DNA from: Nitrospirota bacterium
Lineage (GTDB): Bacteria > Nitrospirota > UBA9217
NCBI GenBank assembly: GCA_963740085.1
Contig: CAVUCU010000001.1
Coordinates: 416,001 to 480,000 of the forward strand
DNA: 64,000 nt
Direction: 5' to 3'
A model generated the notes under the pieces. That model was not told the DNA's origin, did no database searches, and saw only the letters and a program-made list of their open reading frames with translations. This document shows, piece after piece, positions 20,380-31,002 of the stretch. Positions within the stretch are counted from its first letter, which is position 1. Every line of letters begins with the position of its first letter. Made by a program: the position numbers and the translations under genes.

Positions 20380-23300
20380 TCATCTTTCCCGTATATGGAG
20401 CACCTTTTTTATCGGAGATGGTGACGACATGATGGACAAACCCTGAGCCGTCGGCGGCACACCTTCCATGGAGATCGCCAGACCTTCTTCCCTGTTTGTC
20501 TGTAAAAGCAGTCGCCAGATTCAACTGTTCGATGCTGCCCGTGGAAACCTGAATCAAAGCCGTCCCTTGCAATAAAGAGTTGGGGTCAGCGCCACCCGTG
20601 TCATATTTAACCGCCCATATGGCGCTATTGCCTCCGCTGGTGCATATATCGTCATAAGGCTTTAATGTGGTGAAAAACACAAGCCCCGCAGAAGTCGACA
20701 GAGGGTTCGTTATAACGCGTTCTGTCTTATAATATGCGCTTGCATCTGAACATGCAACCGACGTTCCTGCCGTAGTTGTGCAATCATCCAGCGATATTTT
20801 CCAGCCTTCATCATCAGTGACACCGGCTGTCGTTGTAGTGGCAACGGTTGCCAGTTGGCTTGCGGTAAAAAGATTTCCGGTGCCGGCCAGACACGAAGCA
20901 AGGAAGTGTCCTGCATCAAAACACGGGTCCTTCAGACCGTACAGATATCTCACCTTATCAGAATCGTCTATGGTAGTGCTCAAATTTATAGAAATATCTT
21001 CCGGTGCCGAAATAAACCCAGAGTTTCCCCGTCTTTGTGTCCTGGATCCTCACCGTTGACGAGGTAACAGGACCCGCGTTATCAATAACCGTGCTGTATT
21101 GCCAGTTGTCAGGGTTGAGGGCGGTACTTCCTCCGCTTGAGCCGCTTACATTACTGCCTGCAAGGTCTTCATTGGTAAGAAGCCTCAGAACGCCGCCATT
21201 ATTCCACTTGCCGGCTGCGCTGTCACATATGGCAGCAGTATCGCCGGCGACACATTTTCTTTCTACATACGGTATATAGATAACGTCATCCTGATAATCG
21301 CGATCGATGTCATGCGTTGCACCGAGCATAGAGCCTGCAAAGGCATTGCTAACCTTAACAAACTGGTGTCTATTGTTCGAGCGGGGATCCGGTTTTCAGA
21401 TCAAGGATGAACAGCTTCAGGGGCTGGTCCGAATTTCCCAAGAACTGTTTCTCCCCTGTGTCTATTTTTTCCTGTAGGTCCGGAACCGAAAACGACGAAC
21501 CATCTCCCGTTAGTCGTCTTAGGATCATCAACGGTGCTTGAGCTTCCGCTTGCAGTTCTCGAACCTATTCGCACCACAGCAGGGCCTGAAGCTGCGAATC
21601 CAAGATCAGGATTGCTAAATTCCCAGAGAAGTTGAGGATTGTATGGATCTGTTATGTCAAGGGCGAAATAGGACGAATATACCTTGGCCTGCTACCGGCA
21701 CTTTAACTCCCTGGGCGCCCGCATAGGTCGTAGCTTTGCACGCTCCCCCATATCTCATGCCACCGATAAGAATTGATCTCCATGTATTCACGTCTTTCGG
21801 GCAATTCCAATAATTTACCTCTGAGCATGACCCAATGCTCGCATCAAAAATAAACGGGGCAAGGTCAACGGAATTAACATGGCAGTAAGATGTGTCATAC
21901 ATATACTTCAGGTACGGCATACATTTTCGGGATAAATGCCCAATCTCCTCTCCAAGATCAGTGTCGCTCGTGCACGCGCCTGAAGGACAAATCGAAGTAA
22001 CAACAAAAGCCGTGCTGGAAAATCGCGCAGTCTTTACCCTATGTTGCCATTTGAGTCGCTGTTTACTTTTCCACCTGCAATCCCAGTCCCGAGTTTGAAG
22101 GCATGGAGCATTCCGTCGTTCGCGCCGACAAAGACCATGCCCTGATTTTTATAGCGGCGGTGGATAAAATCGGCAGGGTCGAGCCGACATCATTGACGAA
22201 ATCATCATACGATAAATCTTTATAAATCTCGTATTTATTCAATCGCGCCGACGAGGCGATTTGAGGCGTTGAATTTATAATGTCGCTGACTTCCAGACCT
22301 TCGGGCCTTCACCGGCGTCCAGGACGTTGCTGTCTCCGTTTAAATCGACCGATACTGTACGCGATCTGAAACGATGCCCGAACAGGTTGCCGGACTGGTA
22401 CAGCCCGAGTCCTGGAGGCATGGAGTTGACGTACCTGTACAGAACTTGTCATAACCGCTGACATAACTTATTGTTTTGGATGCCGCTGTATCATCGGCAG
22501 CCTGCAGGGCGGTTTTCATGATCGTCTTATCACCTGCTGAAAGGGCATTAAACGCGGTTGTGGAAAAACTAACAGATTCCCCTGCGTCAAAAACCCCGTT
22601 ACTATTTTTATCAATCCATGTTGTGATTGTTCTCGGAGAAGAAGAAAGATCCCTGCTCCGCAGGTGCGGCCCTGCGTTCCAGAGATTCCCGAGGTTTTCA
22701 AAATCAATAGTGTCAATCTGGGATCCCGGGGCGCCGGTGCCTGACGTGTGGGAACGACTATGTTCTTGGCTTTTTGGTCGGTGGCATCGAAATAGAGCTG
22801 TAATATATAATCCTTTTGATTTGGAGATCCATCAGCTAACAGATTTAATATATAATCCTTTGGTTCAGAAGTTGTCCCACCTTCTTCTCGTATGTTGCTG
22901 AATGAAAAATAAGGGTCAACATAGTACCAAAGGTTTTGCATCGAACCTATCCAGTTGACTTCAGCATCACCGAACTGTCTCTTTGGATAGTAGGTCGCCT
23001 GAATAAGGTTCGCTCCGCTGCCCTCTCCCGAGGCAAGGACCGAGGCTGCTGTTCCCGAGGTTACACGCCTCAAAATATCCGATATTGCGTTCGTGATGCT
23101 GGCTTGAAGTTCATAACCGTCCTCTCCCTCGTAGTAGGTAAGGGGGTCGTCAAATTTACATATGCCGGGCGACGTACAATTGGAATCGGTCGTACAAGCA
23201 ACGCTATCTTTCTGTTGCTGGCTGATCGTGATTGCAGGACATGCCCATTGGTATCCTTATAACATTCTTTCGGGCTTGTTGAACAGTCAAGCTTATTATT

Positions 23301-25168
23301 GTTGTTCAGATCATTGAACCCTCCGTATAGGGCTGCGTCCTTCAATAACGTGGAGCCCTTGCCGAACATGAAAACGGTATAAAGGTTTATGTTTTGCTTT
23401 CCCGGTATACACTGAGCAAAAGACGTTGAAACAGCTGTACACGTGCCGGGACGCATGTCGTTCGTCCTCATCCAGTAGGCCACGTCAATCAGGTAATCCG
23501 TCCCGCTTGACGCATAGGTGGTCCCGATACTGGTTCCGGCAAATCTGGGGTTGGGGTTGTTCGGAGAACCTCCTTTACCAGAACACGCTTTAATATTGGT
23601 CAGGGTACAGGCAGAATAGGGTGATGATGTAGATGTTCCTGGCATACCCTGATCCATCGTGGATTCACCATCGGTCAGGAACAAGATAAATGACTTTGCG
23701 CAGGGAACATACCGGTCAGCGAGACCGGTACCCAGGGAGGAGTACTTATAATAATAGGGATCATAGTTAATACCTGTCTGATAATCAGCAGGCGAATTGG
23801 AATAATATGGCGAATCCTGCCTGAAATACCTTGTCATCTCGTACAACGTCTCGCCCAGAGGCGTCCATGTGCTGGGGGTCATACCCGCAATAGAGGTGAT
23901 CATGCTCGTCTTGGCGCCAAAATCTACATAGGTGTCTACTTTTCCACCATCACTGCTGTCTGCATAATAAGCCAGTCCGAACCGTACATCCCCACCTAAG
24001 GTGTCAATAATCCCTGTGGCATCTTGATTCCCCATGTCAACAATAGTATTAAACGGTCCGCCGGTAGGAACGGCAACTGATATATTTAGATAGACCTGCG
24101 TTATACGGGGGTATTTGGAGGTATACGTATCGTCAGCCCTAACTCCGAAACCCGATAAGCTCCCTATTCCAGAGGACTTGATGTCATTCCAGGCCCAGGG
24201 TAGTCCTGTCGCAGGGTTGCTTTCCCATGTAAACGAATAGGTATCATATGAAGTGCCGAGACTGGACGTGCTTGACTCATAATCCACACCGCCTATCCTG
24301 AGAACCCCTCGGATCTTTCTTGTACTCCCGCTGGCTGTTTTCTCTGCCGTTACGTTTACTGTAACAGTAATGATGCCGGCGGGTTTGCTCTGGGTATAAT
24401 CGTAATCCAGGATAACGGGGCTTGTGGTATTGTTGTTCTGTATATAGGTCGAATTACCGTCTGACGATGTCTCATCCACCTTCGTCCACGCAACTAATAA
24501 ACCGGACACGGGGTACTCGCTCCATCCCGCGGGGACGCTGATGTCACCGTTTGGACGAGTATCAAATGTAGTAGACCCGCTGGCAAGAGGCGTTACGTCC
24601 AGATTATCACTCGACCTCTTAAAACGGTAATTCCCCACAAAGGGATATATCAGGTTTCCCGCGCTGGTATTATAGTCTTTCTGAAAATTCCAACTCGATC
24701 CGCAGGCGCTTTCGCCGGTGAGTTTAACCGAAACGCTGCCGTTCCATGAGCGCGGATTTCCCTTGCCGCCTATCAGGAGCTTTTTTGCAACTTCAACTCT
24801 TCGCATCGTTGCCCAGTTAAGAAAACTTCCATTCGCAATCGGATTGGAGACAGTGCCGGTGGTCATGGCATCCGTTGTCTGCTCCATCGGCCGCTTCCGG
24901 TATATTGATAGTTCTTTGAGCCGTCGAAATATCCATAGTATTGACCATTTGCAAACTGGGCGGGGTTATAACTGCCCGCGTATGCCTGGTCGCACATGCT
25001 GCCTGAATTGTCAAGCACGATAAGGACGTTCGGTGGAATGCTCTGGGCCAGAAACGGTGGAGTGACACAGTAGTCGTTCATCGCGCCCTGAGCAGGAGTG
25101 ATCAGCGTAACGATACAGAGAATTATGAGCGGTAAATAAATCTTGAGTATATTTTTATTGAGTGCCAT
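20380..25168 (-). CDS. pilY1: PilY1/PilC type IV pilus tip adhesin (~1,600 aa), fragmented by many frameshifts
   Basis: Signal peptide, YCVTPPF, vWA MIDAS LDNSGSM...TPLGETL...TDGE, then beta-propeller motifs ([38 protein letters not shown]) in consecutive fragments. Confidence 0.88.
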
Positions 25169-25527
25169 GGCCGTCTCCTATTGAGGAATTTCTTTATAAA
25201 AAGAATCACAAAACCTCCGGTTGTCTGCTCGTATTCAAATTGAACATAACGTGAAGGGAGAAGATCGCTCAGTAATATGTGGTACCCCTTGTAGTCTTGA
25301 ATAATAACGGATCTGGACAAAAGATAACCCTTATCATTAATGATCACCGTTCCATCGTCTTCAACCGACGTTAACATACCAGAAGCTTTAACCTTTCCAG
25401 CTGCATGGACATCCAAGCTTACGGCTAAGACGAACATCATGAAACACGCTAAAAATAAGAGGCTGTATTTCTTCATTGTGCAGATATCGATCTTGTTTAC
25501 TGTTATTCTATTCATTATCATGATCAA
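25123..25527 (-). CDS. Small exported hypothetical protein at the head of the pilY1 operon
   Basis: Signal peptide MKKYSLLFLACFMMFVLAVSLDVHA; 3' end probably frameshifted. Confidence 0.6.
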   Translation of the reverse strand: MIMIMNRITVNKIDICTMKKYSLLFLACFMMFVLAVSLDVHAAGKVKASGMLTSVEDDGTVIINDKGYLLSRSVIIQDYKGYHILLSDLLPSRYVQFEYEQTTGGFVILFIKKFLNRRRPWHSIKIYSRFIYRS

Positions 25528-25562
25528 TCCTCCTTATCACTTATGTTGTCGTCAGAATAGAA

Positions 25563-25578
25563 TGCAATACCTATACCA
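25563..25578 (-). promoter_or_regulatory. Sigma54 (-24/-12) promoter of the pilY1/minor pilin operon
   Basis: Minus strand TGGTATAGGTATTGCA with GG-N10-GC spacing. Confidence 0.7.
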
Positions 25579-25834
25579 TTAAATTACCGATAAGTTTCAG
25601 TTGGTTACTCGCATGAAATTAATACTATTGGAAAAATTAATGCTCAGGTATGTAATGCGTTACACAGTAACAGAGAGCATATTGCTCGACGGAGAATTAT
25701 AGACGTTTGAATGGGTCAAGCGAGGGAAATATCTTCAAGTCTGATCTCAAATCCGCACAGGATGCCAGATTTGACAACTCCCTTATCCGATATGCTGCTG
25801 GTTCTCAACACGAATGCGTCCTCGTGAGTACCTT

Positions 25835-26717
25835 TCAACTCACCACGATCCCCGCATACCCGACCACCTGCTCATAATCGCCGCTCACATCGCCGGAGTT
25901 CGTGTATTTGATGAGTTCCGCCTTGGCAGCGCCGAGGAGTTTGCAGGCGACAAGCATGGACACGGCAGGTCCATAACCGCACATAGTGATGCCGTATTCT
26001 TTGACCGCACGATACAGACCTTCGGGGTCGAGGTTTCGGAACTGGTGGATGGCTTTGAAGTCCTTTTCTTTTCGCCGTCGCCCGTTCATAGTGGCTCATG
26101 TCGGAACTCGCGATGATGAGGACGTCCCGGGAAGTTCGGGGTCCGGAGTTCGGTGTTCGGAGTTTACTATGATCTTCTCCCTGACCCCTGACCCCTGGCC
26201 CCTGACCTCTGTCTTTTATCGCTTCCGCCACCGCCTTTCCCACCTCGTTACATGTTTCGAGCCTCGTGTCAAGCATTTGTATCGGGACGATCTTGAACTC
26301 TCTCTTAAACTGCTGGATAAAGGGAAGCTGTACCTCAAGGGAGTGCTCGCGAAGGTGGGCAAGGGAATCTTCACTGATGCGCGTGGACTTTGAAAGGATC
26401 GAGGCGGCCAAAGATTCGTCGATCTCGACCAAGCCGAGCGGCGTCTCCCATTGTCCGGCGGCCATGAGGGAAACCGGTGCACCGAGACCGGTGTGGTTCG
26501 GCCCGATGAGCACAAAGGTATCCGGCAGTTCGATCCGTGAGTACACTGCCCCGGCTACCGATCCTGAATACATCAAACCCGCATGGGGAGATATGATGCC
26601 GAGGGCTTTTGTTTTTGCAACACCGGGCACGATGAACTCCCGGACCTGCTTTATAAGCGCCTCGGGAGAGCCTTTGTAAAACTGTCCTGCTACAGCCGGA
26701 TGACGACGCACAGACAC
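25835..26717 (-). CDS. amrB: AmmeMemoRadiSam system protein B (MEMO1 family), frameshift near 26080
   Basis: PAVAGQFY, PHAGLMYSG, GPNHTG, EHSLEVQLPF, ASSDMSHY; then ITMCGYGP...VVGYAG in ORF 25835-26089. Confidence 0.92.
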
Positions 26718-26745
26718 CTCCGATGAGCTGACAGACGGCTAAGTA

Positions 26746-26860
26746 ACGATGAACGATGGACGGCCGTTCTCTTGAACTGACTGATGGAAACAACGGACGA
26801 CCGCTCACTTCGTTCGCCGGGAAGATGGACAAAAAAACTTTTGCGTCTCTCGTCTCCCTT
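26746..26860. repeat. Degenerate GGACGAK-type heptamer element
   Basis: ACGATGAACGATGGACGG and core variant CGCTCACTTCGTTCGC. Confidence 0.55.
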
Positions 26861-26880
26861 CTCTCAGGCGTTCTTCTCCA

Positions 26881-27663
26881 TTACAAAGCGAATTTGACTT
26901 TTTCAATCGTGTTTTTCACGCGCTGTTCGTGGTAGTTATGCAGGACCTGCCTGATCCGGGGGCTCTTGCCGATCATTTCATTAAGATCATTCTCAGCCAC
27001 ATCAAGCACGTCCGATTCCTCGACGGTCTCAACGGTCGCGGTTCTTGGCTTGCCCGTAAGGAACGCGATCTCGCCGAAGAAATCGCTGACATGGAGGGCT
27101 GCCAGTTCCATTCTCTTCCCCCCGATGGTGGAAAAGACCTTAACGGATCCGCGGGTAAGGATAAAGACCGACCTGCCCGTGTCCCCTTCATTGATGATAG
27201 GCTTGCCCGGCGATATCGTATGAATGATCATGCGCTTGGTGAACTCATTGAACTCTTCCCGGGTAAAGTCGGAGAAGAGCGGAATAACGCTTCTGGTCGG
27301 CTCCTTTGTTCCGATCTCGATCGGCTCGAGCTTCAACTCGGTGATCGTCTTGTTGGAATGGAGCGATTCAATTTTCTCCTGGGCGTCTTTGCTCGTTGGA
27401 TCGAGCCTGAGCGCCAGCTTGTATAGCGCAAGGGCTTTGACCACGAACCCGTCGTCGGCGTACAGATCCGCGGCGTGGATATACTCCTTGACAGCCTCTG
27501 TCTTCTGGCCGAGCTTCTGTCGCGCGTCGCCGATCCGCACCCGTACCATCGGGTCGGGGTCAAGAGCGAAGAGCTTTTCCATCTCCCGTATAGCTGAATT
27601 CCAATCGGCTTTTCTCAGGAATTTTTGTACATGTTCGCTGATCGACGCTTTTTCCGAAGCCAC
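26881..27663 (-). CDS. TPR plus cyclic-nucleotide-binding domain protein
   Basis: N-terminal TPR-like helices; phosphate-binding cassette FFGEIAFLTGKPRTATV. Confidence 0.88.
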   Translation of the reverse strand: MASEKASISEHVQKFLRKADWNSAIREMEKLFALDPDPMVRVRIGDARQKLGQKTEAVKEYIHAADLYADDGFVVKALALYKLALRLDPTSKDAQEKIESLHSNKTITELKLEPIEIGTKEPTRSVIPLFSDFTREEFNEFTKRMIIHTISPGKPIINEGDTGRSVFILTRGSVKVFSTIGGKRMELAALHVSDFFGEIAFLTGKPRTATVETVEESDVLDVAENDLNEMIGKSPRIRQVLHNYHEQRVKNTIEKVKFAL

Positions 27664-27715
27664 GGAAAACCTCCCTGTGAAAGCTTACAGCGTAAACGGA
27701 AAAATATGTAATACC

Positions 27716-29104
27716 CTAAAACGCCCGCTTCTCCGCGTTTTCAAACCTCGTGTACCGGTTGACGAACGTCAGGTCCACTTTGCCGATCGGTCCATTTCTC
27801 TGCTTCCCGATGATCACCTCGGCCTTTCCCCTCTGGCCGCACAGGCATTCTCCATCGTAGGGGCATTCACACTTATTATAGACCTCATCACGATAGATGA
27901 ATAATATCACGTCCGCGTCCTGTTCAATGGCGCCGGATTCGCGAAGGTCAGCGAGCATGGGTCTTTTTTCCTTGCCGGGCCTCGTTTCCACCGCGCGGTT
28001 CAGCTGCGAGAGGGCAATGACCGGGACCTGGAGCTCCTTGGCGAGCGCCTTGAGGGAGCGTGAGATATTTGAAATTTCCTGCTCGCGGCTGCCCTCGTCT
28101 CCTCTGCCGCGCATGAGCTGCAGATAGTCGACGATGACAAGGTCCAGCCCCTGGTCGGCCTTCAGCCTGCGGGCCTTGGCCCGCGTCTCGAGCACCGAGA
28201 TCGCGGCGGTATCATCGATAAAGATCGGCGCATCCGCCAGCTTGCCCGCAGCGCTGGAGAGCGGCGACCAGTCGCGTTCCGACAAGTGACCGGTCCGCAG
28301 TTTATGCGCGTCCACTCGCGACTCGGAACCGAGCATGCGGAGCACAAGCTGTTCCTTGGACATTTCGAGGCTGAAGATCGCCACCGACTTTCCCTTTTCG
28401 ATCGCGGCGTAGGCCGCGATGTTCAGGCAGAATGCCGTCTTGCCCATGGACGGCCTGCCCGCAACGATGATCAGGTCGCTCTGCTGAAACCCCGAGGTCC
28501 TCTCGTCCAGGTCCAGGAAGCCGGTCGCGAGGCCGGTGACCATCTCTTTCTTCTCATAAAGCCGTTCCACGATCGCGAAGCTGTGTCCTACGATGTTCTT
28601 CATGGAAACAAAGGAATCCTTGATCTTGCCCTGTGCTATCTCGAAGATCGATTTCTCGGCACGGTCCAGAAGTTCATCGATATTGACCACGGTCCGCGAG
28701 TCTTCATAGCTCTGGGTGATGATATCGGTGGCGGAGTGGATGAGCTTGCGAAGAACGGCCTTCTCGCGCACGATCCGCGCGTGGTGCTTGATGTTCGCAG
28801 CAGTGGGAACGAGGCTCACGAGCGTTGCGAGGTATGACGCACCCCCCACCGCCTCGAGCCCGGTCTTGCCGCGGAGCGCGTCCGACAGCGTTACGAGGTC
28901 GATCGCGTCCCCGGTCTCCAGCATGTCGCGCATGACGGTGAAAATCCTGCGATGCGTGTCCTTGTAGAAATCATCGGGAGAAAGAATTTCGATGACTTTA
29001 TTGATGGAGTCGTTCTCGATCAGGATGGCTCCGAGCACCATCTGTTCGGCTTCGATATTTTGCGGGGGGAGTTTTTGAAGAGAAGCTTCGGTCTGAACGG
29101 ACAT
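27716..29104 (-). CDS. dnaB: Replicative DNA helicase
   Basis: PPQNIEAEQ, AGRPSMGKT, VDYLQLM, LSQLNR, DLRESGAIEQDAD, KQRNGP. Confidence 0.98.
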   Translation of the reverse strand: MSVQTEASLQKLPPQNIEAEQMVLGAILIENDSINKVIEILSPDDFYKDTHRRIFTVMRDMLETGDAIDLVTLSDALRGKTGLEAVGGASYLATLVSLVPTAANIKHHARIVREKAVLRKLIHSATDIITQSYEDSRTVVNIDELLDRAEKSIFEIAQGKIKDSFVSMKNIVGHSFAIVERLYEKKEMVTGLATGFLDLDERTSGFQQSDLIIVAGRPSMGKTAFCLNIAAYAAIEKGKSVAIFSLEMSKEQLVLRMLGSESRVDAHKLRTGHLSERDWSPLSSAAGKLADAPIFIDDTAAISVLETRAKARRLKADQGLDLVIVDYLQLMRGRGDEGSREQEISNISRSLKALAKELQVPVIALSQLNRAVETRPGKEKRPMLADLRESGAIEQDADVILFIYRDEVYNKCECPYDGECLCGQRGKAEVIIGKQRNGPIGKVDLTFVNRYTRFENAEKRAF

Positions 29105-29211
29105 GACAGAACCTCGCGAAGGGAAAAAGAAAAAAAGAAGCCAGAAGTCAGAAACCGGAATGAATCTCCTGAATTCTGCCTCCTGGCTCCTGAATCCTGC
29201 TGGTTTTAGAG

Positions 29212-29658
29212 CTACTCTTCCGCGATCACCGAGACCTTGAATTCCGCGAGAATGTCGGCATGCAGCTTCACGGAGACGGTATAGTCGCCGAGACGCTTGA
29301 GCGGCTCATCGAGGACGATCTTCCGTTTGTCGATCTCTACACCCTGCGCCTTCGCCGCCTCAGCGATGTCCATCGAGGTAACGGAACCGAAGAGCTTGCC
29401 CTCTTCACCGGTCTTGGCCTTGATGACGACGGAAAGTCCTCTGATCCGTTCGGCTTCCCCTGTGGCCTCTTTCTTTATCTTGCGGACGCGGTCCGAGACC
29501 ATCTTCTTCGCGTGATTCATGGCGTTAAGATTATTGGGCGTCGCCTCAATAGCCTTCTTGTTGGGCACCAGAAAGTTCCTGGCATAGCCGTCCGCAACCT
29601 TGACGAGGTCGCCTATTTTGCCCAATTTGTCGATATCTTCCCGTAAAATTACCTGCAT
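29212..29658 (-). CDS. rplI: 50S ribosomal protein L9
   Basis: MQVILREDI..LG..GDLVKVADGYARNFL, KLFGSVT. Confidence 0.98.
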   Translation of the reverse strand: MQVILREDIDKLGKIGDLVKVADGYARNFLVPNKKAIEATPNNLNAMNHAKKMVSDRVRKIKKEATGEAERIRGLSVVIKAKTGEEGKLFGSVTSMDIAEAAKAQGVEIDKRKIVLDEPLKRLGDYTVSVKLHADILAEFKVSVIAEE

Positions 29659-29777
29659 TGCTGATACGACTCCTTTCAAATGTTCTGTGCCGAGATACTA
29701 CCAGAAACCGGGGCAGGGTGTCAACAAGGAATTGTTCCGGTGCATCGTCCCGTTGCGCAGCCGCTTTTTATCGTGCC

Positions 29778-30992
29778 CTATGATGAGACCCGGTCCTTGC
29801 CGCCCTTTTTTGCCTTGTATAAATTCTCGTCCGCTCTCCTGATGATATCGTCCACTGACCGGTCGCTCTCCTGGACACACACTACCCCAAGGCTCAGGGT
29901 AACAGGGGTCTTCCCGATCAACTCTTTCTTGACACTGGTGCGAATTCTTTCGGCGAGGCCCCTGGCTTCTTCCAGGCCGGTGTCCGGCAAGATGATGAGA
30001 AATTCCTCTCCCCCGTAACGGCCAAGGATGTCGTAGGCACGGACGGTGCCCCGCATCCGGGCGGAAATGACCGAGAGGACATGATCCCCGATCTGGTGGC
30101 CGTAGGAATCGTTGATGTCCTTGAAATTGTCAATGTCCATCATGATACAGCTCACGTCCGTTTTCAGCCGCTTGTACTTTTCAAACTCTTCCTCAAAACG
30201 CAATAAAATCTGACGCCGGTTGAACAGTTCTGTCAATGCATCGGTTACGGCGATCTTCTCGATCGTCTCCCGCGCCTCGTCGAGACTTTTTATCAACCGT
30301 GACATAAAAAAATTGATCACTCCCAACAGGAGCAGGGTTGTGATAATGCCGAATACTACAATGGCAATGGTATTGGACCTGATCTTGCTCTGAAGGTCAT
30401 CGATGTCGAAGGAAATGCTGATGCCTCCCCGTACCTGTCCGAGAGCATAGTTCTGGTGTTTATGACATTGCAAACAGTCTTTTTCAATAAAGAGCGGCGC
30501 CATGTACCTGAAATAGGTCCTGTTGTTGATCCGTTCCGTGCGGGACACTTCCTTCGTTGCGCCCGTTTCCAACTGGAGAAGAGCCTTTCTTTCGAACTCG
30601 TCGGGCTCGTTATGAGGGTTCATGAGCTTCAGGCTGGTAATATGGAACTTGAACAGCCCTTCTTTCTCGGCATATTCCGATATCTCACGGGTCATGAATG
30701 CCGGATTTCTCAGGGTAAAGACCCTCCCGTCAACGGTCTTGATATCAGGGTTTATCAGGTAAGGATTGGATACCACGCCCTTTTTCTTCTCTACATACAC
30801 GCCGCCGTAATTCGCATTCCACTTTCTCGTCAGAACGATGGTGTTAAAGACGACCCGCGCCTGGATGATATTCTCTTCATTCATCAGTTGCCTGGTCCGT
30901 ATGGCCATATCAAGGAATATCCCGGACAGGACCAGCGCGATGACCAGGCTCGTTGAAAGGATGAATGTCCTATAAATGTTATTCTCTTTCAT
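29778..30992 (-). CDS. Diguanylate cyclase with DUF3365-like heme-c sensor domain
   Basis: Two TM helices flanking NPAFMTREISE...TSLKLMNPHN...CLQCH; RAYD I-site and GGEEF. Confidence 0.92.
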   Translation of the reverse strand: MKENNIYRTFILSTSLVIALVLSGIFLDMAIRTRQLMNEENIIQARVVFNTIVLTRKWNANYGGVYVEKKKGVVSNPYLINPDIKTVDGRVFTLRNPAFMTREISEYAEKEGLFKFHITSLKLMNPHNEPDEFERKALLQLETGATKEVSRTERINNRTYFRYMAPLFIEKDCLQCHKHQNYALGQVRGGISISFDIDDLQSKIRSNTIAIVVFGIITTLLLLGVINFFMSRLIKSLDEARETIEKIAVTDALTELFNRRQILLRFEEEFEKYKRLKTDVSCIMMDIDNFKDINDSYGHQIGDHVLSVISARMRGTVRAYDILGRYGGEEFLIILPDTGLEEARGLAERIRTSVKKELIGKTPVTLSLGVVCVQESDRSVDDIIRRADENLYKAKKGGKDRVSS

Positions 30993-31002
30993 CGCGCAGA
31001 CG

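Noticed and set aside
13029-25168. Shufflon or diversity-generating retroelement acting on the pilins or PilY1
   Set aside because: No recombinase or reverse transcriptase, no inverted cassettes and no template/variable repeat pair were seen.
27716-29104. Intein in DnaB
   Set aside because: The protein is normal length (462 aa); the insert is about 10 residues with no intein termini.
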